Part shown: positions 1 through 8,427 of the stretch, piece by piece
Position numbering within the stretch: position 1 is the stretch's first letter
Layout of the letters: each line of letters opens with the position of its first letter
Assembly: GCA_963790305.1 (NCBI GenBank)
Contig: CAWBOC010000009.1
Location: 800,001 to 864,000 of the forward strand
From: an uncultured Gemmatimonadaceae bacterium
GTDB lineage: Bacteria > Gemmatimonadota > Gemmatimonadetes > Gemmatimonadales > Gemmatimonadaceae
Direction of reading: 5' to 3'
Length of the DNA stretch: 64,000 bases
Translations under genes and position numbers: made by a program
The notes under the pieces: model-generated
What the model saw: the letters and a program-made list of their open reading frames with translations, nothing else
What the model was told of the DNA's origin: nothing
Databases searched by the model: none

Positions 1-2005
1 CTCGATGCCGATCCTCTCGTTCTCCAGTCCTGTCGTAATCGACCGAGCGTCCATCGGATTGCTCGCCGCATCGAGCAGGTCGAGCGCGAAGGGCAGATTG
101 TCCGCGAACATCTGCGCCAGGCGCTGCTCATTGTCGGGGAACTCGAACCCGTAGTAGCCGTTGTTCTCGAAGCCGCTGGTCAGCTCTGGCGTAAACGCAA
201 TCGTCCCGAACGTCGCGTACGCCCAGTCCGTGTACTCCCCGTTCGTGGGATACAGATTCCACCCCCACGCGGGGTGGTAGTGGTTGCGCTCGGACCCCGG
301 AATGTTGTCGCGGACGGCGGGACGAACGTCGGTTCCTCCGAGCGCGCGGAAGATGCCGTCATCGCCGGTGATGCGACCGAAGTCGTCCCCCCACGGCCAC
401 AGGATGAGCCCGGTGAAGGTGTGATAGCTCACCGAGATCACCGGCACATGCGTACGATGAAATTCGGCGATCGCCTGCGTCTCCAGCTCCGATTCCGCGA
501 ATGGCCCCCGGTAGGTCTCCGCCTGCGCGAACGATGACGATCCAACTTCGTCGGCGCCCCAATGCTCGGAATGGTTGCGATTGAGATCCACGCCGTACGT
601 GCCGTCGGTGTTCGCGCGCCGATTCTTTCGCCAGAGCCGGTCGGTCGTGAAGGTGTATTCGTATCCGTCGGGATTCACCACCGGCACGATCCAGAATGTC
701 GCGCCGCCTGACGAGCGAATCGACTCGCGGACCCGGAGCGGGGCTCGTCGCAAGGTACCGGATGAGCCGCAACGCCATCTCGGTGGCGGCCCACTCGCGC
801 GCGTGATACGTCGCCATGAACAGGACATTCGGCCGCGACGGAGCGTCATCGGCCTCGCCAATCTTTACGGCGAACATGGGCCGTCCGCCGAGCGTTCGCC
901 CTATCGTGTCGAGATGGATCCGCGGATTCGTGCGAGCGAGTGAATCCAGCCACACGGGAATGCCGCGCACAGGGTCGTCGTACGACCGGTAGACCCGTGT
1001 CACGGTGACCGCCGACAAGCCGAGCTGCCGCTCCCGACTGGTTCCCGGTGCGACGACGGGAGACACGCGCGCCCCCAGAAGGTCGAGCTGACCGCGCCGG
1101 TTCGCTTCGATAACCACCAGTGCGTGATCGCTCGCCTCGAACACGACATCGAAGCCACGAGCGATCAGCGTGTCCGTCGAGACCCCTTCGACACGCAGCG
1201 TGACGTGCTGGGCGGCAGCCGCGGCCGGGAGGAAGAGCGCCAGCGTCGCACCGAAGCGCAGTCGCCGCCACCAACGCCGCTTCCGAGGCGTGACACTGTC
1301 GCGCAATACCGGGTGCATCGCGAACCAGCACCGATCGGCGGAGTCAATGACGTCGTGCACCGCGTCGCGCCAGGCGCGCCAACGCGCCAGCTGCACCTCG
1401 GGCGGGCTCGTTCGAACGGCGGCCGCGGCCGCCTCGAGTCGCTCGAGCCTCCGCACGACATCGTCGGTGCATTCGCCGAGGATGGCCTCGGTGGCGCGCC
1501 GGTCGGGCGGCTGATCGGGATAGCGTGTCCTGGCGAAGTCGAGCACCTGGCGCTCCACCGCGTCGCGGAGTCTCGCGGCGTCGAACGCCTCGAGCCGCAC
1601 CGATGGCTCACTCGTCCGCTCCGCCTTCGCGCGGGCCGAGATGAACGGCGCGAAGAACCGATCGTGATCGTCGTCCGGTCGCGCGCGGTGCGAGCCGAGG
1701 CCGCGGAGAGATCGCGTGAGCTCGGGGAGCGCGTGGGCCGAGTTGAGGATCGTGCGCGCGAGCACGTCCAGCCCCGAGGACGCGTACATCGCGATCGTGT
1801 CGCCGGTATCGGCGTAGAGCTCGAGCGAGCCCGCGCCCTCCCGTAGTCCATCGAGGCGGCTGAATGCCACCAGCGCCCGCCGCTTGCCCACCGTCACCCC
1901 AAGCGCTTCGCCGACGACCTCGACGGTCCCCTCGCCGCCGAACTCGACGCCGCGCAGAAAGGCGTCGATCGTCGCGTGAAAGATCGGCCCCGATCGCTCA
2001 GGCAT
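1..2005 (-). CDS. M14 zinc carboxypeptidase (carboxypeptidase T-like) with a long in-frame N-terminal extension; +1 frameshift near 695; runs off window start
   Basis: HAREW zinc motif in ORF 359..2005. After removing one base at ~695 the frame reads DIWIVPVVNPDGY...WRKNRR...GVDLNRN...SYHTF...EL, all M14 motifs. Confidence 0.8.
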
Positions 2006-2591
2006 CTTCGAGGGCGTAGGGGTGCTCGCCGCTCAGCTCCCGATCGCAGAGCGCAGGGCTCTCACCGGTGCGTTCCTGCCAACGGCGCACGAAATCGAAG
2101 AGCCGCTCGGAGGTGAATGCCTCACGAGGAAGCCCGATCGCCTCGATCGCTCGCTCAATGGCGCCCGGATCGCCCTCGACCTCCACCAGATCGTCCATCC
2201 GCGGATACCGCTCGAACCGAACCGTCGCGCCTTGCAGGTCGTACTGAATGATCTCGCGATCGATCTCGCGGGTGAGGACAAACCCCATGCGCTCGAGGAT
2301 CTGGCGCAGCGCATCTGCATCGGGCGACCCGGCACCAATCTCGTCACGCACTTTGTAGCCATCCTCATAGCGCGTGGGGCCCTTCCAGCCAAGCTCGGCC
2401 CGCACGCTCCGTTCATCGCGGTACACGCGCAGCCGCAGAACATCATCGCGGGAGCGCAGCTGCCGATCGGCAGTGTCATACCGACAGTCTTCGAGACGTC
2501 CGCGGAAAACCAGCCGGCCGCCCGCCCGCTCGACGTTGGCGATGCGTGCCGGCATCGAGTCGACGACCGCCTTGAGCTCGACCTCACGCAT
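1998..2591 (-). CDS. CYTH-domain protein (class IV adenylate cyclase-like)
   Basis: N-terminal EVELK motif, LRLR, WKGP and LVEVEG. Confidence 0.85.
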   Translation of the reverse strand: MREVELKAVVDSMPARIANVERAGGRLVFRGRLEDCRYDTADRQLRSRDDVLRLRVYRDERSVRAELGWKGPTRYEDGYKVRDEIGAGSPDADALRQILERMGFVLTREIDREIIQYDLQGATVRFERYPRMDDLVEVEGDPGAIERAIEAIGLPREAFTSERLFDFVRRWQERTGESPALCDRELSGEHPYALEDA

Positions 2592-3288
2592 CGACGATCG
2601 CGCTCACGACGCGGTCGGTATCGGCGAGCGTCTCGAACGCGGCGTACGCGCCGCAGCGGAGCAGCTCATCGACCGTATACGCCCCGGTCGCGACGCCAAT
2701 CGCTCGCACGCCGAGGGAGCGGCCGCACTCGACGTCGGCAGGCGTGTCCCCGATGACGACGAGATCTTCCCCCTCGAGGTGGACGCCGAGCTCGGCTCGT
2801 GCCCGGCCCCGCGCGAGCGCGGGCAGCTCCGGGCGGTGCTCGTGATCGCTGCCGAACGCACCGACGCGAAAGCAATGGGGATCGATCCCCGCCGCGCGAA
2901 GCTTCGCGTAGGCGCCCTCTCGCAGGTTGCCGGTGAGAAGACCGAGGATCGTGTCCGCGCGTCCTTCGAGCGCCGCGAGGAGCTCGAAGATTCCCGGATG
3001 CACGAGTGTATCGACGTGCTGCAGCTCGTGCTCGAGGTGGGAGAGATAGAGCGACATCAGCACGTCCATCCGCTCATCAATGTGCGCGTCATGATGTCCC
3101 TCCATCCGCATCACCTCGCGAACGATCTGCGGGTCGGTCTTGCCGTCATAGCGATGATCCTCCGGGCCCGGACTCCCGAAGACTTCGCGGAGCGCGGTCA
3201 GCATGGCGCGTCGCCCGGCGCCATTGCTCTGCAAGATGGTGCCGTCGATGTCGAACAGGACGAGCCGCGTGGGGTGGTCGGTCATCAT
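2584..3288 (-). CDS. HAD-superfamily hydrolase (phosphoglycolate phosphatase-like)
   Basis: FDIDGT motif I, LTGN, IGDTPAD. Confidence 0.9.
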   Translation of the reverse strand: MMTDHPTRLVLFDIDGTILQSNGAGRRAMLTALREVFGSPGPEDHRYDGKTDPQIVREVMRMEGHHDAHIDERMDVLMSLYLSHLEHELQHVDTLVHPGIFELLAALEGRADTILGLLTGNLREGAYAKLRAAGIDPHCFRVGAFGSDHEHRPELPALARGRARAELGVHLEGEDLVVIGDTPADVECGRSLGVRAIGVATGAYTVDELLRCGAYAAFETLADTDRVVSAIVDA

Positions 3289-4224
3289 TCCGGCAACGGC
3301 TCCGCCGTTCGCGTGAGGAGCACGCCGGCGATGATGCCGACCGCGCCAACGAGCTGCCAGGCGCTGGGCTTTTCACCCAGGATTACGCGCGCGGCCGCCA
3401 GCGCGAAAATCGGCTGAAGGTTCCCGAACGCAGCCGTCCGCGTGGGCCCGAGCAGTCTCACACCGCGGTTCCAGAACAGGTAGGCAATCACCATCGAGGC
3501 GAGCCCCGCGTACACGATGGCGCCCCACGTCGCGAACGATAGCTGGTCCCAGGCCGTCCGTTCGAGTGCGGGAAGGGCGAGGAGTGACAGCGGAAGCGTT
3601 CCCCCGACAATCGTAATGGCGGTAACGACGCGCCCATCGAGCCGGTTCGCGTACGGCTTGATGAGCACCGCGAACAGCGACCAGCAGATACATCCGATGA
3701 GCACGAGTGCGCTGCCAAGAAGCGTTGCGCGTCGTGTCAGCGCCTCCGGCTGCGTGAGCGCGACGAACGCGATGCCCGCCATCGACAGGCCGATCCCGAT
3801 CATTCCTCGGCGCGTGATGCGCTCGACGCCGAGGATGCGCCCGAACAGGGCGACGAAGGCCGGCCCCGAGGAGAGGATGAGCGCCGTCGTGCCCGCCCTC
3901 GTGCGCGCGAGCCCCTCGATCATGAAGAACTGGTAGAGACCGGTGCCGAGCACACCCAGGACGAGGAGCATGCCCACATCGCGGCGCGTGAGGTGCGTCT
4001 CCCGAACGGCGAGCGCGAGGGCGACGAGCGCGATCGAATGCGAGGCCGAGCCGCGCGGCGTTGAAGACGAGCGGTGGCATCTCGCTGACGGCGAGCTTCA
4101 TCACACTCGCGTTCACACCCCAGATGAGCGCCATGCCGACGAGCAATCCGTCGGTGAGGGTCGCGCGCGGGCGCACTCCGCTCGGTGCTGACGCAGCGAC
4201 GTCTTCGGTGGCTGTGGAGCTCAT
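3285..4224 (-). CDS. EamA/DMT family transporter; +1 frameshift near 4038
   Basis: ORF 3373..4224 gives the N-terminus (LIWG...P...R) and 3285..3977 the C-terminus. Deleting one T joins them (ARLGLASIALVALA...). Confidence 0.85.
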
Positions 4225-4280
4225 CCGAGAAAGTTAGACGGGCGCTCGACAGGGCGACAGCACGCCCGTAGCTTGCGCGC

Positions 4281-4703
4281 ATGAACGTCTCCTTTGCGCT
4301 CTTCTGCGACGCCGCCAATCTCTCCCAGGAGGGGAAGCTGAACATCCTCGGCGTCTTCAATGCGGTTCAGGTGGGGACGGTCCCCACGATTCATCCCCGC
4401 GCGCACCTGGTGGTGCGGTTCAAGGGCCGGCGCACCGACATCGGAACGCACTCGGTGGTGCTTCGCTGGACGGGGCCCGAGGGGAAAGAGCTCTGGTCGA
4501 GCGGCGGTGAGCTCGACGTCGGCACGCCGCCGGCGGGCGTGACCGAGATGGATCTCCCGTTGATCGCCGCGATCGATCTCCCGATCGAGACAACGGGCGC
4601 ACACACGATGACGATCGCCCTCGATGGCGCGAGGCAGGCTGACATCACGCTGCAGGTTCGGTCGGGGCCCGCCGTTGCGACGCCCGGAGGAATGATGAGC
4701 TAA
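4281..4703 (+). CDS. Hypothetical protein (DUF6941-like)
   Basis: FALFCDAA...GKLNILGVF pattern. Confidence 0.7.
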   Translation: MNVSFALFCDAANLSQEGKLNILGVFNAVQVGTVPTIHPRAHLVVRFKGRRTDIGTHSVVLRWTGPEGKELWSSGGELDVGTPPAGVTEMDLPLIAAIDLPIETTGAHTMTIALDGARQADITLQVRSGPAVATPGGMMS

Positions 4704-4725
4704 GGGTGCTCACCTTTAGCACCCT

Positions 4726-5475
4726 TCACACCACTCGCCGCGCAAAGAGATACCGACCAACGAGCGCCTTCACGTACGGATCGCCGTCGTCGGTCAGATC
4801 CTCGACCCGATACCCGCCGCGGCCGAGTGCCAGGTGAACGAGGCGCGGGCCGCCGAGTGAGATCGCGACGTGGGTGATGCGACGGTCGGGGCGGTCGGAG
4901 AAGAAGAGCAGGTCGGCCGGAGATAGCGCTTCCGGCGAGAGCTGAACCGGCAAGCCGACAGCGGCCTGCTGTGAGGAGTCGCGCGGAAGACGGACGCCGT
5001 GCAGGGCAAAGATCGTTTGCGCGAGGCCCGAGCAATCGGCGCCCCACGGCGTGATGCCTCCCCATTGATATGGCGTGCCCGCGAAGTGGCGTATCGCGCT
5101 CCGTACGATTGCGTCCGCGGTTCGGGGAAACCGCTGCGGCAGCTCCGCGGCATCGACCGCTTCGCCGCTCGCCAGTCGCGCGTCGTCAGGCAGGATGGCT
5201 CCCAGCGGCAGCGGACAGGGCCAGCCGCGGGAATCCCGAATCACACATCCGAGGGAGGTGCGCGTGCGATCGAAGCGCGCCGAGCCGTCGGCATCGAGGT
5301 AGCCGCGGTGCACCCAGCCCTCGTAGTCGTCGGATCCGCGAACCCGCATCCACGGCTCCCGCTCCTCGAGAACCGTTAGGCGATGCCCCGCGAGCCGCTG
5401 CGAGACCTGCTCGCTTCCGGCCGCGGGCTGGGACTGGAGTGGGGCGATGGCAGCACTCACGATCATGGTTTTCAT
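4726..5475 (-). CDS. SH3b + NlpC/P60 (C40) peptidase, YkfC-like
   Basis: SEQVSQ and YEGWV SH3 segment; PYQWGG, DCSG, LPRDS, HVAI. Confidence 0.9.
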   Translation of the reverse strand: MKTMIVSAAIAPLQSQPAAGSEQVSQRLAGHRLTVLEEREPWMRVRGSDDYEGWVHRGYLDADGSARFDRTRTSLGCVIRDSRGWPCPLPLGAILPDDARLASGEAVDAAELPQRFPRTADAIVRSAIRHFAGTPYQWGGITPWGADCSGLAQTIFALHGVRLPRDSSQQAAVGLPVQLSPEALSPADLLFFSDRPDRRITHVAISLGGPRLVHLALGRGGYRVEDLTDDGDPYVKALVGRYLFARRVV

Positions 5476-6449
5476 TGTGCACCCTGATCGGCCAGACCGG
5501 GGATGCCATCGCGGCCGCGAGCCATGCGCACCGCACGCTCGATCGCGCCCTCGAGTGCCGCGACGGCGAGCACCTCCACCTGCAGCGCTGTCGCCACCAG
5601 CCCATTCAGGGGTGAGGTCGCGAAGACGACATCCCCATCGTAGGAGGTTCCGACCGGCGTGATGCGCCTTCCGAGGGCCACGCTCGCTGCCAATGCGAGC
5701 TGCGCCAGCTCCTCGCGCGACATGGCGGCATTCGTCATGACCACCGCCAGAGTCGTATTGTGCAATGCCCTGGTGGCGAAGCGGGACTCAGCCGGCAGCG
5801 ATCCGTCGGCGAGTGAGCGCGACAGATCGACGAAGTCCCCCGCGTCGCTCCGCGCGCCGGCAATGATGCGTCCCTTCCCATCTCTGACGTCACCGAGGGC
5901 GTTCACGACGGCCAGCGCCGCGACCTGAAGCTCACCGGCGCGCTCCAGCTGGAGTCCGACGCCCCCTTTCATCGCGCGGGCAGGGCCAGCCGCCTTGCCC
6001 ACGGTCGTTCCCGTGCCTGCTCCAATACTCCCTTCTGCGATACCGTTAGGCTGTGCCTGCTCGCAGGCCTCGTAGGCCATGAGCGCGGTGGGCCGAGCCG
6101 TCGGCGAGCCGCACGGAGACAGGTCGAACACTACCGCCGCCGGAACGATCGGGACGACGCCGACGCCGACGGGAAATCCCCGACCACGCTCCTCCATCCA
6201 TCGCATCACGCCGCCGGCCGAGTCGAGCCCGAACGCCGAGCCTCCAGTGAGCACGATGGCGTCGACGCGGTCGACGAGATGGCGTGGCGAAAGCGCATCG
6301 AGCTCGCGCGTTCCGGTGGCTCGGCCGAGCAGCGCACACCCGGCGCGGAACGGTGCGTCCACGCCGCGCACGACCGTGACCCCGGTGGCGCCAATGGCAT
6401 CCGATGCGTGGCCGACCGCCATGCCCAGTGCGCGCAGATCAGCGCCCAC
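5472..6449 (-). CDS. P1/S58 family (DmpA/NylC-like) self-cleaving peptidase
   Basis: VGH, TGGSAFGL, GSIGAGTG, NTT, DGD motifs; start reassigned to GTG at 6449, overlapping the upstream gene. Confidence 0.85.
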   Translation of the reverse strand: MGADLRALGMAVGHASDAIGATGVTVVRGVDAPFRAGCALLGRATGTRELDALSPRHLVDRVDAIVLTGGSAFGLDSAGGVMRWMEERGRGFPVGVGVVPIVPAAVVFDLSPCGSPTARPTALMAYEACEQAQPNGIAEGSIGAGTGTTVGKAAGPARAMKGGVGLQLERAGELQVAALAVVNALGDVRDGKGRIIAGARSDAGDFVDLSRSLADGSLPAESRFATRALHNTTLAVVMTNAAMSREELAQLALAASVALGRRITPVGTSYDGDVVFATSPLNGLVATALQVEVLAVAALEGAIERAVRMARGRDGIPGLADQGAQ

Positions 6450-6738
6450 GCTTCTTGTTGGAGCGAATCTTGGGGAGCGGAAGGTCGATCGCGCGCAACG
6501 CGGCGGCGATCTTTTCATCGTCGAGCTCACGAATCGCGGCGAGCAAGTCGTCACGACGCACCGTGCTGCTCACGGGCGCGCTGCTGAGCGGCGTCGAAAA
6601 GGAGCGGTCGAGGGAGAGAAAGACGAGCGTCGCCTGCCACATCCCCTTGGCGGCGTCGAAGGCGGGATCGGCCATTACCGTATACGCGCGATCGTCGAGG
6701 TCGAACCGCTCGCGCACGAGCAGCAGCTCGCCGCTCAC
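6439..6738 (-). CDS. Hypothetical protein (~99 aa)
   Basis: GTG at 6738 overlaps the TGA of the upstream zinc-finger ORF (ACGTGA), and its 3' end overlaps the next gene. Confidence 0.6.
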   Translation of the reverse strand: MSGELLLVRERFDLDDRAYTVMADPAFDAAKGMWQATLVFLSLDRSFSTPLSSAPVSSTVRRDDLLAAIRELDDEKIAAALRAIDLPLPKIRSNKKRGR

Positions 6739-6914
6739 GTGGGTTGCGTTACCCCGCGCTTCTCCTGACACGCCTTGCAGAGGGTGACTCCCCGCATCTG
6801 GCACACCAGGCAGATGAAGGTGCCGCACTCGTCGCACGGATACCCTTCAGAAGCCCGCTCCTCGTTGCCGCAACTACGGCACTTCATGCTGTCTTTCTCT
6901 TTGAGCTCGGTCAT
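6735..6914 (-). CDS. 59-aa Cys-rich protein with four CxxC motifs (not in ORF track)
   Basis: MTELKEKDSMKCRSCGNEERASEGYPCDECGTFICLVCQMRGVTLCKACQEKRGVTQPT; GGAGG RBS upstream; stop coupled to the next start. Confidence 0.85.
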   Translation of the reverse strand: MTELKEKDSMKCRSCGNEERASEGYPCDECGTFICLVCQMRGVTLCKACQEKRGVTQPT

Positions 6915-6952
6915 TGACGTGCGTCCTCCCTGGATCCTTTTAGTCTCAAACT

Positions 6953-7077
6953 AGGGTCAGGAGTCAGGAGTCAGGAGTCAGGGGGGATCAGGGAGTGGGT
7001 TACAGGAGAGAACGACCTCGCTCCTGACACCTCGACCCTGACACCCCCTGATCCCTGACTCCTGACTCCTGATCCCT
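6953..7077. repeat. Inverted tandem-repeat element, family A (TCAGGAG)n...(CTCCTGA)n, copy A1
   Basis: Heptamer arms in inverted orientation around a spacer containing AGGAGAG. Confidence 0.9.
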
Positions 7078-7082
7078 GTTTT

Positions 7083-8426
7083 TCATCGCCGCTCCAACCC
7101 ATACCCACGAATCTTGTTGATCAACGTCGCACGCGAGATGCCCAGTTCCTTCGCTGCTCGCGTCCGGTTGTCGTTATGGGCGCGCAGCGTCCGCTCGATG
7201 TGCGCGCGCTCCACCTCCTCCAGCGACTTGGGGACGTGGCGCTCCACGCCGGCGCCGGTCGCGTTGCGAACCTCGGGCGCCAGGTGCTCCGTGCCGATCT
7301 TCCGCGCACCGCGTCCCACGATCATCGCCCGCTCGAGCACGTTCCGCAGCTCGCGCACGTTGCCCGGCCACGAATACCGCAGCAGCTGCTCGAGAGCGCC
7401 CTCTGACAGCTCTACCGGCGCCTCCGGCAGCTGCACGTGAAGCTCCTCGAGTGAGCGCGCGATGAGATCGAGCATGTCGTCTCGCGCACGTGCTCGCAAC
7501 GGCGGGAGATGAACCGGCATCACGCTCAACCGGTAATAGAGGTCCTCGCGAAAACGGTCTTCGACCACCTCGCTCGCGAGATCCCTGTTCGTCGCCGCGA
7601 TCACCCGCACATCGACCGTGATCTCCTGCGAGCCCCCGATTCGCCGAAAGGACTTTCCCTCCATGACCTTGAGCAGCTTGGGCTGAATTGCCGCATCGAG
7701 CGCGCCGATCTCGTCGAGAAACAGGGTTCCACCGTCCGCCACCTCGAACAAGCCGAGTTTTCGCTCCTTTATGGCGGCGGTCGAGCCGGCCTCGTGGCCG
7801 AAGAGCTCCGCCTCCAGCGCGGCCGCCGATAACCCCGCGCAGCTCAGCTCGACGAAGGGCCGTGACGATCGCGGGCTCGACGCGTGAATCGCTTCGGCAA
7901 CGCGCCCCTTCCCCGTTCCCGTCTCGCCAATGAGCAGCACCGTCGTTCGCTCCGCCGTCGCCAGCAGCTCGATCTGGTGCGCGAGCTCGCGCATCGCGGG
8001 CGATGGGCCGAGCAATGCCGTCGTACGTGCGCCACGGCGCTCCAGGAGATGCCGGTTGAGCTCACGGAGCCTCGCCTTCTCCAACGCCCGCTCGGCCGCC
8101 ACTCCGAGATGCGGAAGCTCCACCGGCTTGGTCAGAAAGTTCTCGGCGCCGCGACGCATCGCTTCCACCGCCAGCGGAATGTCACCATGTGCGGTCACCA
8201 TGATGACGACGCGCTGCTCCGGTTGCAGCCGCTCGAGCAACTCGAACCCCTGAACGTCGGGAAGCTTGAGGTCGAGCAGCACGAGATCGGGGCGTACGCG
8301 GAGACACGCGTCGAGTCCGTCGTCTCCGGTATGCGCGCGGATGACCTGGTGCCCCATACGCTCGAAGAAGGCGCCGAGGGCAGCGGCGAGCTCGACTTCA
8401 TCGTCGATGATGACGATCGTTGCCAC
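7083..8426 (-). CDS. NtrC/AtoC-family response regulator (REC + AAA+ + Fis HTH) with degenerate GAFTGA loop
   Basis: IIDDE receiver, GETGTGK, LFLDEIG, WPGNVREL, HTH; start reassigned to GTG at 8426. Confidence 0.9.
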   Translation of the reverse strand: MATIVIIDDEVELAAALGAFFERMGHQVIRAHTGDDGLDACLRVRPDLVLLDLKLPDVQGFELLERLQPEQRVVIMVTAHGDIPLAVEAMRRGAENFLTKPVELPHLGVAAERALEKARLRELNRHLLERRGARTTALLGPSPAMRELAHQIELLATAERTTVLLIGETGTGKGRVAEAIHASSPRSSRPFVELSCAGLSAAALEAELFGHEAGSTAAIKERKLGLFEVADGGTLFLDEIGALDAAIQPKLLKVMEGKSFRRIGGSQEITVDVRVIAATNRDLASEVVEDRFREDLYYRLSVMPVHLPPLRARARDDMLDLIARSLEELHVQLPEAPVELSEGALEQLLRYSWPGNVRELRNVLERAMIVGRGARKIGTEHLAPEVRNATGAGVERHVPKSLEEVERAHIERTLRAHNDNRTRAAKELGISRATLINKIRGYGLERR

Positions 8427-8427
8427 G

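Noticed and set aside
4701..4727. Short AAGGGTGCT...AGCACCCTT hairpin resembling family D
   Set aside because: A single unit between convergent genes; cannot be distinguished from a simple terminator-like hairpin
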